Shown one piece after another: positions 10,459 through 22,700 of a stretch of 62,000 nt of DNA. The number at the start of each line of letters is the position of its first letter. Position 1 is the stretch's first letter. Location of the stretch: NCBI GenBank assembly GCA_013239625.1, contig MU053156.1, positions 124,467-186,466 on the forward strand, read 5' to 3'. The notes beneath the pieces are model-generated. The model was not told the origin of the DNA. It worked only from the letters and a program-made list of their open reading frames with translations, and searched no databases. Made by a program: the position numbers and the translations under genes. This DNA is from Lama guanicoe. Taxonomy: Eukaryota.

Positions 10459-13400
10459 ACCAGGGGGGGGTACAGAGTTGGGGGACGGCTATGGACCAGT
10501 GTCAGTGGGTAGCCTTAACCTGTCACCTCGCTGAGGAAAGTGAGAAGTGAGGGGGAGCTAGGTTCTAGGTCACTGGTATCACATAACGTTACACTGAGGT
10601 GACAGCTGTGTCCCCCTCACAGCCCCAGCCCCGGCCAACCGGCAGCACCACCGTCCTGTCCTCACAGCAGCTGGGCACACTGGGGAGTGGCTCCTGGAGG
10701 CTCCCCCTGTGTCTGCTGGTCATGCGACTGAAGCCAGAGTTCCTGGGGACAGTGGAGACCAGGGCTGAGTGGTCAGTGAGGCCTGTGGGCACAGGGACCT
10801 GGAGCCACCTAGGGGCGGCGGAGCCATTGGTGGCCCCGGCCTGTGGCAGATACCCTTCCAGTCGGCCTTGCTGGCCCAGCCTGTGTGCCTCAGAGACTGT
10901 GGGGAGCAGACCACACTCCTGGTCTGGTGTTCGGGGGCCCAGAGGGGAGCTGGAGAGAGGGTTAGGTTATGCCTGGGCCCGGCCCAGGACACACTTGTGG
11001 GGCAGCAGCCCAGCAGTGCCAGAAATAGGGGGCACCCTCCCAGCCTCAGCCGGGCAGGGGGAGCAGAGCTTAAGGTGCATTAAACTGCTCTCGTGTTTGG
11101 GAAATATTAACAATTAAAAACCTTAAATCTTCATGATACTTTCTATACCAGATAATTAATACAAGAACAGATAATAATTACTTAATGATTAATAACTACA
11201 CTTAATAGTTTTCAAAGTGATTGCAATAAAAGAAAAGATAAATGAAAACCCATCACAAGCGCTGTGCTAGGGGTTATCCAGTCATCTGGGGTGGTTCTGC
11301 TGGACTCCAGGCCACCCACTCCCTGGCTGGATGCTCTCCACACACAGAGGGTGAGCACCCCACACCCAGGGAATTGGGGTGTTGCCCAGTCACTGGGCCA
11401 GGTAAGTGGAGTCTGTCTGTCTTCCTGGGGTGCTCATGGAGTGACTACAGGGTTGACTCAATGGGCCCAGGTGTCTCTGCCTTGTACCTATAGGTATCCT
11501 GGGTCTCAGGGCTGGTAGACAGGGACATCCTCTGCCCCATTGGCTGATCCCTGGTCCTCCCCCTGCCTGTAGGCCCTCTGGGTCCTGCAAATACCCCTCC
11601 ACCATCAGACTTACCCTGCCATGCTCCTGGGATCAGCCCACCAATTCTTACTAAAGTGAGGGTGGTGGTTCAGTGCTACCCTAATCCTCTAGGCCTGCAG
11701 TCACATCATGCCTTCACCTACAGGGAGAGGAGGAGGGCAGTTCCACTGAAAAGAGGACTGGCACCAGCCGCCCTGAGTCTATGGACTCTGCCAGCCCTGG
11801 ACAGCATGCCAGGGAGCCCAGAGCCCTGGAATGGGGGGGACCTGGGACCCGCTGCCCCTCCCCTGAGTCATCACAGTTCCCAGAGCCCTCGAAGCTACCT
11901 TGTCCCCTATCCAGGGCCAGTGCTGTTCCTGCACAGCCTGCCACAAGGCGATGATGGGACAGAGTGGTGCCCGATGCCTGCTTTGGGCAGGCAGATGGCG
12001 GCTTAAACTGCTCTTGTAGTGTTTTTTGAGAGTTTAACATTTTCAAAGCACAAGTTAAGACAAAGTGGCAGCTGGAGAAGCAAAGAAAGACGGCAGCCCG
12101 GCAGGGAGGGCTAGGAGGGGGCCTGCCTCGCAGCAGGACGGTTGCCACGGTGATGGGCAGGCAGGTGTGGCCTGGCCTCGGATTCCCCATCTCCTACTTT
12201 GGAGAGCACCATCTCCTTCATCACCCCTCTTCAAAGGGCACACCTGGACGGGTAAACCGAGCCCCCGAGAGGGTCGCACTGCCGAAGTCCCGAAGGCAGG
12301 CCCTGCCTCCAGCCCAGGACCTCAGGTCCAGACCCCCCTCAGCCTCTGAGTGTTCCTTGACCAGCGCCCCCTCATTAGCCTGTCCTGGGTCTCTGCCCTG
12401 TAGGTCAGCGTCTCTGAGGCCGTTAGCAGGATGGTGGCTCCTCCAGGCCCAATGCTCATTAAGGCTTCTCTGTGGGCTCCGCCCACCCTCCTCCTCTTCC
12501 TGGCAAAGGTCCTTCCCAGGGCAGGAGTTGGCTGTCCACCCACACAAGCACCCGGCGGCCTTGGCCCTGACCCTGTGGGCGACACAGCAGAGTGCCCAGC
12601 ACCCATCCTCCTTGTCTTCTTCTATTACCACGTGACTCCTGACTCCTTGCATCAGCTGGGGAGGGGCTGATGACCGTGGGTGGGGTGTTCCTGGGATACA
12701 CCCCACCTCCAGGAGCCTGGAGGGGCTGGAAATGCAGGCTTCTTGGGAGCTGGGAGGGGCCTGGCCCCCGTCTCTGCTTTGCAATTGGGCCTGCCCAGCC
12801 CTAGGCCTCAGTTTCCTGGTCTGTGAAATGGGTTTGGATGTCAGCCCTGGGAGTTGAAGTTCCTGTTATCAGGGATCCCTGGGTCCCAAGCCATTCTGAG
12901 GGCAGCCTGCAGGCAGCCCTGGGTGGGGTGCTGGGGGTGCACAGACTCTGTTCCTTGCTTCCTTCTCATTGTGAGGCAACAGAGGCCTAGTGAGGCCCAG
13001 GTCAGGGCAGTGGTGTGGGGAGGCCAAGCTGGCCCGGCCCCTCAGAAGGGATAGGGGGACAGTGGGGGACAGAGCAGGCCCCAAGGGCAGAGAGCCAAAG
13101 CTGTACTTGGACACACTTGCTGTGGGCAGTGACTGTCCCATGGACCCTGACTCAGCTCCTGGGTGGGGTCAGAGGTGGGGAGGCTGCCTGTGCTGCCCCT
13201 GGACCCACAGCAGCGGCTCACCAGGCAGGGTAGGTGGGCTCAGCCAGGGGCTGGGGCAGAGCTGGGGGTCCCTTGGGCGATGGTGTTGATAGTCCGTGAG
13301 CCCTTGCCCCTGCCTGGATGCCACTGGGGTCCTTGGCACCCAGAGGCCCACCTGCCTGCAACCTTGTAGACCCCTTGAGGGCGTGACAACCCCCCCTTAG

Positions 13401-14499
13401 CCTTCAGGGATTTGGGTGAGACTGGTGATTTAGTGGTCTGCCTAATGAGGCCTCCTCATTAATGATACATTCCTAATGACCTGCTCTCCTCTGTGGCAGT
13501 AAACCTGTCAGTGGGCTGGTGGGAGGTGGGAGGCCTGAGGTCCCCAGAAGGGAGGCACTCTGGGAGGCCGGTTGGGGCAATGTGCCAGCTGTGTGCAGGG
13601 TCCCTGGCTCCTGGCATTGTCATGAGAACCTCCGGAGTGTGGGGGCACCGGGCAGGGACCTCAGGTGAGCCCTCTGTGTCCTGTGGTCAGCAGGCATGTG
13701 GCGTGGTCTGTGGTTCTCCCCCAGGCCCGGGTGTGGTGGAAATGACAGAGGATGTGGTTTGGTGGGGAAGGATGCAATCCTACCAGGTGATGCCAAGAAG
13801 CAAGGGGCAGCCCTTCCTGTGGGGTGGGGCCTGCATCACGGGGGAGAGGGCACTGTCGCCCCATTTCACAGATGGGGAAACTGGGGTCAGGGTGGGGCGG
13901 GACCCAGCGCTGTCCAAGATCTGGCGGTCCAGACTCTTTCCCCAGGATCCACAACCCACCCCACCTCAGCCAATTCCGCCCCAAGAGCTGAGAATCCTAC
14001 TGGACTAGGGGCAGAGGACACCGTGGACCCTAGGGGGCTGGTGGGGGCTTCTCAGGCCAGGGCCCAAGGACGCCCAGGTGGCAGCCCCGCCCCACCTCCG
14101 GGTCAGGCGGACTGGGGTCCAGTTCCATCAGCAGCCAGCAGAGAGGAGTCCTCCATCAGACATGGTCACAAAACTTCTAAGACTTAATTAAAATCAATCT
14201 CCAATTACTCAAATGCCATTGATTCTGGTCTCGACCAGTGGGGAAAATATGGTCCTCATCGTGGGGAATGTCGATATCCGGGCACTGGCCGTTTGTCTCT
14301 GCACAGGGCAGGCGGGACCCCACTGTGCCCGGCCCTGGGGCTGCGCAGCAGTGGCTCAGACCCATGTCCGACCATTCCTGGAGGGACAGCTCTGCCTGTT
14401 CACCCCTCGCTGGCTGAGCCCCTGGTGCTCACAGAACCCGGGGTGCTGGCCAACTGGACAGCGCCTGAAAACCATGTATCTTGGGGTGGCTCCGTGTGG

Positions 14500-15356
14500 G
14501 GTGGTCTGAGTACGGTGGGCGTGGGCTCTGACAGGTCTCCAGGGCTGTGGGCCGGGTGGGCTGTGTCCTTGTGTGGCTGGGGTCCTATCGCCGAGTCTCC
14601 CTGGGGTCCATGGCTCCTGCCTAATCAGCCCCTTGGCCTTGACATCAACCCCTCTCACTCAAGTGGGTTTTGAGGCCTGGACTCAGCCCAGGGCCAGTGA
14701 AGCAGCAGCTGTCCAGTGACCTGCGTTGGAAACCTGGGCCTCTGTGCACCTCGGTTCAGATCTGTAGGTTCAGCCTCCTCAGGGGAGTGAGGATGGAGGG
14801 CAGGACACATCAACAGAGGTAGAACTTCCGAGAGGAAGGAGGTGACACCACGCGGGGCTGGGGGCCCAGAGCCCGTCCCAGGCCCGAGGGGCAGAGGGAA
14901 ACCCCGGGAGATAGTTAGGATCAGGAACGGGAAACTGGGGGCCATATTGTAAGCCGCCTAGTCTAGTTTTCTGATTTTCCTTAGAGAGAGATCTATACAC
15001 CTTCAACTCTCCTGAACTTAAAATAAAAAGTTGCATAGATTGCTTCTTATCAACACAGTAAATACTGAACCATCATGAGAGTCTTAGTCATGGCTGTGGC
15101 GGCGAGGCCGGCAGGGGTGAGAGGGTGGGAGGTGACGGAGGGTCCCGTGGAGGGTGAGGGAGGGAGGTCTTGGCATGTGCTGGCTGTAGCGTCCAGGTCC
15201 TGTCTTACTGTCCTCTACCCTGGGCCATTGTCCTCAGCTGCCCTGGCGCCTGAGCCCATGTGTCCGTGCCGTGGTGGGAGGAAGCGGCGGGGAAGGTGGT
15301 CTGAGTACGGTGGGCGTGGGCTGTGACAGGTCTCCAGGGCTGTGGGCCGGGTGGGC
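14500..15356 (+). repeat. 62-bp direct repeat pair (14500-14561 and 15295-15356)
   Basis: ggtggtctgagtacggtgggcgtgggct(c/g)tgacaggtctccagggctgtgggccgggtgggc, one mismatch. Confidence 0.9.
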
Positions 15357-18235
15357 ACTGATGGGGACCTGCCAGAATATCGGTGTCCTGACCCTGCCCT
15401 GGGCCTCACCCTGGGCCGTGTGTGGCCGAGGACGTCAGCATGCCAGGACCCAAGTGGCCTTTGGTGCGTGGGCCTGAGGACATTCGGGGTAATGGGGCTG
15501 AGACCCTGCGGGACGAGCACGGGGCCCATCCTGCTGGCCATGCCCTCGGCGTCCCCGAGCGCCTGACCACAGCTTTTCTGGCGAGGCCTGCCTATGCGGG
15601 GCTGAGCCCTTCGTTACTTTAACTAATGCCCAGCTTCCTGACGCCTAATTAAACTGGAATTGCTCCACATCCAATACTGAGCGTCCTGTTAGATACAAGT
15701 TAATGCAGCCGCTGCAGTGGCAGTGAAATGAGGCTGGCGTGTCCCAGGGGAGGAGCACAGAATAGGGGGATGGGTGGGTGGCCAGCCGCACCCAGGGAGG
15801 GCACCCAGCCTGTGCAGGGGGTGGACGGGGGCCTGGCTCCTCCCTGCTGATGCCCCAGAAACTTGTGTAAGAAAAATTGTAAAATGCAGAAAAATTAGAA
15901 AAAGGAAAGTGAGGGTCCCCCAAACCCCAGAGACAGGTCCGCCTTTCCTGTGTTGTCCTCCTGTGGGCCCGCCCTGGGCTCCACATCTGGGGGTGGGGGC
16001 TGGGGTGGGGTCCCTGGGCTGAGTGGTGGGCACAGAGGCCGGTGGTGAGCAGCCCTGTACCCTGGGACCAGCAATCCAGGAGGACCCCTGGGTCATGAGG
16101 GTGTGTGGCCCAGCTGTCCAACGCAGCCCTCAGCGAGGGTCTCTGCCAGGGGCCAAGGGAGGATGTGCCTGGTTGGCCCGTCACCCCTGAATCTTGATTA
16201 CACTCCTGGAGGAGTTGGGGTGTGAGGAGTGGACAGGACGCATGGTCACCCTGGGGAGCTCCGTGCCTGTGGAGCTGGGCTCCCACACGGGGCCGGGGGG
16301 GTGGTGAGCACAGGTGCGGGGCCAGGGCTGGTGTCTGGTTGGCAGTGCCTCTGGGCTTGGCTCTCCCTCCACCGTGTGTGTGGGGTCCAGCCCCCACCAG
16401 AGGCCAAGGCTGCGTCCCCCTGGCCGCTGTTTCCCTCTGTGTCCAGCTCGCTGACCTGAGAGCTGCGTAGGCGTGTGTCTTAGGAGTTGACAGAGGGTCC
16501 CAGGCCTCCCCGAGAGACGCCCACGGCTCTGCATTCCTGCCCCGGGGGACACGGTCCCTGCGCCTCGCTGTGCGTCTGGTGCTTCTCTGAGCCCCTCACT
16601 TGTGCTGTGGTGGTTGCTGCTGTTCGCGCAAAGCAAATCGTAGGCGTGTTTGTTCAGCGAGATTACCTCTGCATGAGCGGCCCCGCGGGACAGGCCAACG
16701 TGGCGGGGGATCGTGGACGTGGCCTGAGGGCGGTTCTGGAGGTGGCCGTACTGCAGCCAGTCTGGAGCGCTGAAGGCCTGGGCGCAAGGCGGCCACTGCA
16801 GTGGGGCGCTGACCTGTACAAACTGGGTCCCTGCCCGGTGGCCCATAACGTTCAGCCTCCCAGGGCTCTGAGCAGCCTGTGAAGGGGCCCACCCTCGGCC
16901 CGAGGTTAGGAGGAGCTGCCCCTTCCCCAGCGGAGGGAGGCACAGGAGATGGGGAGGTGGCAGGTATGGACAGGCTTAAAGGAGGGGCAGGGCCAGCCTG
17001 TGGCCAAAACACGGGCCTGGAGCCGGGGACATGGGCCACTCCTTGCTCTGCCGTTTACAAGCGGGTGGGTCTCCTTTCTGAGCCTACAGGAGGGGGACAA
17101 GGGGAACCTGCCCTCCCCCGGGAGCAGGGCGGCCTGGAGTCTTTGCAAACAGCTGCGGGGCAGCAGGCAGAGCCTGGATCCCAGTTCCGCAGGACAGCCC
17201 ACTTGGCAAGGGTTCCCGCGGATCCACCTCCTGAGGGCGGGCACCCACTCAGGACTGGGGCCGAGACTATTGTCACCACAGTCTTGGGACACGCCTGTTC
17301 ATTTTTTCCTGGAAAGGAGCCCTGGGGCGAATATGCCTGCAGCCTGGGGAGTTACCTGGAGTCTGTTACCTGTGGCAGGTACCTGGGAACTAGTTCCCCC
17401 ATTCCCCTGCCCTTCCCTCAAAGCCTGTGGGGAGGTGACTCTGGACCAGGGGCTGACAGCTGGTGCCCAAGGCCCTGGCCTTCTGAAAAAGACCCCGGCC
17501 AGGCTGGCCTGAGGGTCCAGTGGGGGTTGGGGTCAGGATGTGACCCAGGGCTTGCTTTCTGGAGGCACAGAGGATGGTGACAGATGCTTCTCACACTGGT
17601 GAGCTCCTACCTATGCCTCAAAGCCCAATTCCACAAGGCCCCTGCGATCCCCATGGGAGCATCATGGCACTCACGCCTTCCTCTGCTAGAGCATCAACCG
17701 CTTTGTGGTTTTATATGTTTAAGAAAAGGCCCCTGCAGTTCAGCCTGTCTGCCTGGGGGCCAGGAGCTGCTCAGGACATGTGGCCCCATGTCTTGCCAGG
17801 CACACTCCTCAGCAGCCGAGAAGAAAACAAGGAATTTACGACTGTCATAGGTATTTTCCTCCTGTGAGTTTCACATCCACGATGTGAACACTGGGCTCCT
17901 GTTGGAGCTGGAAAAGTCATAAAATGTACATGAGTTTTTATGTGCGATTTTCCCAGTCCCCCTTCCGGGCTCAGGAGCTGCCCCACGCACCCTCAGCCCC
18001 CAACCCCATCTCAGCCCTGCCTCCACCCTGGCCGCCACCCTGGCCCCCACCCGCCTTCCCAGGCCCTGCTCCCTCTCTCCCCTCCCCCACCAGCTCCTCA
18101 ATCAACCAGAGGCCTTGCTAGAGGCTTTCGCCCCAAGGCTGGGAGACCCCTGTCATTACAGCCAGGGTTGGGTTGGGGCTCCAGGGGCTCCTGGGGGCTG
18201 TGTGCCCACCGGCACCGCTCCTCAGGCTCAGCCTC

Positions 18236-18320
18236 CCTGGGCCTCAGTTTCCCCTCCTGGAAAAAGGGTGCATGACTAATGAGGTTGCTGAGAAAATTCT
18301 CGTCAAGAGCTTGGCACTTG
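18236..18320 (+). mobile_element. MIR SINE fragment (other short MIR cores at ~12803-12833, ~13858-13890, ~28112-28146, ~34272-34308, ~41290-41330, ~45365-45415)
   Basis: ctgggcctcagtttcccctcctggaaaaaggg...gaggttgctgagaaaatt...aagagcttggcac. Confidence 0.6.
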
Positions 18321-20954
18321 GAACCACCACTGGGGGCCAGGCTGACTCGGCAAGGCCCAGGGAGGGCGGAGGGGAGCGTGGCGGCTGGGCGGTGCGGCGG
18401 GAGCGGCTCATCAGCTGCGGCCTCACGTCCCTTCATCGCGGGGCCTGCAGAAGATGTTCTCTGATTAGTCTGCTGAATTATGAATTAGGTTCCAGGTCCC
18501 TGTGCAGCTGTTCCCGGCTTGTCATCCCCACCACTTTATTTCCCCATCTGCTTATAAAACCAGGAGCGCCGTCCTGCAATAAACACTTCAAACGCTTTTT
18601 TTAGGGGCTAATTAATTGTGTTGCATTTCTCTGACACAGCATGCAGGCTGGACCTGCCCCGAATTCCCAATGCAGGTGTGGCTCCCCTGAGGGCCTGCAG
18701 AGAGGCTGGGGTGTCTGCCAGGGCCCAGAGCTGGGGCTACATGTGGCCTCCCCGAGCACGTGTCTCCAGAGGCAGCCCCCACCCCTGTCCTGGCGGGGTC
18801 CCCCCAGCCCCCACCAGAGCCACTGGACCTCTCCTTTCCCCAACTCACCAGGACCCATCCAAGGTCAAGTTCATGCTCCCCCCACCCCCACTCCACTGGC
18901 AGCACCAATCTTCTTGCCCCCAACACCTCCCCAGCATCCAGCCTTCACCAAACCTTGCCCAGCACCTCCTTGTACCTCCTGCCTTTGCACTGCTGCTCCT
19001 TTCCCAGAGCACTGGGGGTCCCCATCCACCTGGAACATCTCCTGTCCCTGAGGTCCCATGTCCCCCTCAGTGGGTTCCTGTCAGGGATGGCACCTGTAGT
19101 GGAGCCGATCTCTCGCTTCCAAGGAAGCTTTTGGGAGCCCTGCCGCTGCTCTGCACCCTAAGGCCCAGCAGAAAACGTGGTGGAGGAGGTTTAAAACAAT
19201 GACATTAATAAGAAAACAAAAATACAATTATCTAGTTACAAAACAGAGCTCTGAGAGAATTAAGTTACGGGAGCCATTTGAATGTTTCCAATGCCAGGCA
19301 AGTGGCCTTTTATTAAGTTGATGTTTAAAGTGAGCTCTACATCAAAGAAGTAAGTTTTAGGTGTTAAACCTACAGCCAGCTGTCAGGGTCCCTATCCAAC
19401 CCCCCTGGGGCCGAGGAGGCATCTGTCACATGCAGCTGATGGGGCCCAGGGTCCTCTGTCCCTGAGGCCAGTGGGGCTCCCATGGGCTGTCATGCCTGTC
19501 GGAACCGGCTGGGCCTCTTTGGTTCCTTGGCTTCCGAGGATGGGGTTGGGTGGAGTCTCGACCTATCTCCCCACACCCTCCAGCTCTGGCTGGCCCCTGG
19601 TGTGCAGGGAGAGGGTCCTGCTGTGTAGACCACGGCCCCATCCTTGAGCACAAGCATGTGGGGAATGGCTGAGCCCTCTGACTGCTTGGCTGTTGGGCCT
19701 CCAGGCCCAGGGGTTGTTGGGGGCCCCTCCCTGACATCAGAAGCCTCGTCCTCCATCTGGGCCCTGACACTGGATGCACCGTGGGGAGCCATGGGGCAGG
19801 CTTTGCTCCATCTCCAGCTGCCCATGGCCGAGGACGCCCTGATGGGCAGAGGTGCCCTGCAGCCCCAGTGGAGGAGGCTGAGGTCTTGGGAGGCTGGAGA
19901 GCTTGTTTGGTGGAATTTGTTTTGGGCAGGGATGGGGTCAGGGAGGAGGTGACTCAGGATGCTGGGGAGGGGGCTGCGGGCTGCTGGGAACCCCCAGGGA
20001 GACCTGTGGAGCATCCCCGACAGGGATGCAGCGGCGGGCGCTGGGGGGACAGACAGGGAGCAGGTAGGTCCTCGCACTGTGTGCACGGAGAACCGAGCAG
20101 GTCCCTGGGCCTTCCAGGTTGGCAGATGGGCCGCCGAGACCGGGAACCTGGGCTCCTGTGACCCCACAGCCAGCCGCAAGCCCGCAGGACCCCACGCAGA
20201 GGAGACGGAGACATGCTTCCCAGCTTGGCCGGGCTCTGCCTAGAACACTTTTATGGGCTGTTAATTGTGGTGCTTCCACTTAATTCTGGGTGTCACTCCA
20301 TGTCAGCCAAGCCCGACAGCCTGGGATTTATGCCTCCAAATTATGGGGCTCAGCTGTTCCGAGGTAAAACAATCACCCATCAATCAGCCGCCAACGGGCT
20401 CGCTCTCGGGCTGGCAGCCCCGTTGGCCGTGCGGGTGGCGGTGGCCGAGGTGATGCTCCAGGGCAGGGCTGGAGGGGCCAGGGCTCAGCCTCCATGGAGG
20501 TGAGGTGCCGGGGCTGTGAGGCGGCCTCAGACTCAGTGGGAGGAGGCCCGCATGTCCTGGTGCTGCAGGCCTGGCTGGCTGCAGTCATCGGTCACCCCGC
20601 TTCCTCAGGCACTCCCCGGAGGAAGGGTGGTGCTGTCCCACCTACGCCTACGAGGCCGCTCTCTGCAGAACAGCCGGGGACCAGCAGCCCCACCTGCAAC
20701 TGCAGGTGCATGGGCCACTCGAGCTGGGCTGCTGAGCCGTGAGCTCGTCCACTGAACACGACGGCCCTGAAATAGAGTCTGTGCCTCGTTTCCCTCCTGT
20801 GAGCAGTGGCTCCAGAGTGCAGAGGAGACTGGGGGACCCTGTGGAGGGTGGGCTATGCAGATGGGCTGGGCCAGGGCGTGGAGGGCTGTTGCTGGGGAAG
20901 TGGGATGGGCAGTGTCCTGGAGGCTTGGAGGTGAGAAGGGCCTGCAAGGTGTTG

Positions 20955-21718
20955 GGGTGAGGTGAGAGGTGAGGTGAAGGGTAAGCTGTGTGGTGAGGTG
21001 AGGTGAGGTGAAGTGAGGTTGTGAGGTGAGGGGTGAGATGAGATGTGGGTGAGGTCAGGGGTGAGATGAGATGTGGGTGAGGTGAGGTGAGAGGTGAGGT
21101 GTGAGGTGTGAGGTAAGGTTGTGAGGTGAGGGGTGAGGTGAAGGGTGAGCTGTGTGGTGAGGTGAGGTGTGAGGGGTGAGGTACGAGGTGTGAGGTGAGG
21201 TGTGAGGTGTGAGGTGAGGTGTGAGGTGAAGTATGAGGTGAGATGAGAGGTGAGGTGTGAGGTGTGAGGTGAGGTGTGAGGTGAAGTATGAGGTGAGATG
21301 AGAGGTGAGGTGTGAGGTGTGAGTTGAGGTGTGAAGGAAGGGGTGAGGTTTGAGATGAGGTGTGATGTGAGGGGTGAGGTGAGATGTGAGGTGTGAGGTG
21401 AAGTGTGAAGTGAGGGGTGAGGTATGAGGTGTGAGGTGAGGTGTGAGGTGAAGTATGAGGTGAGATGAGAGGTGAGGTGTGAGGTGTGAGGTGAGGTGTG
21501 AGGTGAGGGGTGAGGTGTGATGTGAGGTGTGAGGTGAAGTGTGAGGTGTGATGTGAGGTGTGAGGTGAAGTATGAAGTGAGATGAGAGGTGAGGTGTGAG
21601 GTGAGGTGTGAGGTGTGGTGAGGTGTGAGGTGTGAGGTGAGATGAGAGGTGAGGTGTGAGGTGAGGTGTGAGGTGAAGTATGAGGTGAGGTTGTGAGGTG
21701 AGGGATGAGGTGAGGTAA
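20955..21718 (+). repeat. (GTGAG/GTGTGAG/GATGAG)n simple-repeat array with a higher-order unit
   Basis: Seen directly. The block gtgaagtatgaggtgagatgagaggtgaggtgtgag recurs at ~21226, 21281, 21448 and 21565, and partially at 21674. The + strand is almost C-free. Confidence 0.97.
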
Positions 21719-22700
21719 GGCTGCCCCACCAGGAAGGTCAGCAGGGGCCCCCTGGGCTCTGTGTGCACATTTCCCAAACCTTCCCTGCCTGGTGGGGGCT
21801 CCAGGGTGAAGGCAGCTTTGCTTCTCATGCCCCTGGGGGCTGCTCTGGGCGCCCGCTCAGGTGGGGAGGGCCCGGCACCACCACCCTGCTGCAGCTGATG
21901 CTTGTCATGGGGAGCGGTCGTGGGGGGCGGTCTTGGGGGGTTGCCGGTTGCAGAGTAGGAATTGCCCTCCCTGGGTGGCAGTGGAAGGCTCAGCCTGGGA
22001 CCCTCAGCACCCCTGGCGCCTGCGCGGTCTGGGCTGTGGCTGCCACGCTCGTTCCGCAGCAGGAGGACTCATGGCGGCGTGGGGTGGTCTCCTGGGCAGC
22101 TTGAGGGGTAGGAGCCCAGCCCCCGGGGACGCTGTCAGCCAGGCCTGTCCTTGTGGCTTTACAGCCCCGCCGTGTCGCTGGTAGAGCAGTGGCAATGTGC
22201 TCGGTGCACTGGGGAACACGGGCGTCTGAGGGGTGGTCTCCCCTCTCTGCCGGCAGCGGCCACCGCGCTCCCCCAGGTCTGACTGTCAGGCTGGGAGGGC
22301 AGGGGCAGATGTGGCGGGCACGGGGCTGGCGGGGCTGCCACATCTAGATGATGTGGCCACAGGAGGGGGGCCAGAGGGAGGGGACCACCCAGGGAGGGCA
22401 GTGGGGAGGGATCAGGCAGCGCAGTGACGGGAGCCAGGAGACCCAGGAGACGCAGGACGGAACAGACGCGGATGCGCTGGGCACCAGGAGGCCCTCTTGC
22501 TGGTCCCCTGCCCTCACCTTTTGCTGCCTGGCCTGGCTGACCCTCCGGCCGGGGTGACCTACCATCTTCCTGAGCCCTGGTGTCCATGCTGCGTTCCCTC
22601 GGTGGCTCCCTGGTCCTGTCTGGGGGGCGCCCAGGGTCCATCCCTGGGCCATGGCCCTCATCAGGGATGGCCTGATCCTTGCTACTGGCTCTGAAGGGGT

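Noticed and set aside
10459..20000. Search for CCDC188 or ZDHHC8 exons expected by synteny
   Set aside because: No recognisable peptide from either gene in any listed frame.
21055..21828. 257-aa His/Leu/Thr/Pro-rich ORF
   Set aside because: Simply the translation of the (CTCAC)n strand of the simple repeat.
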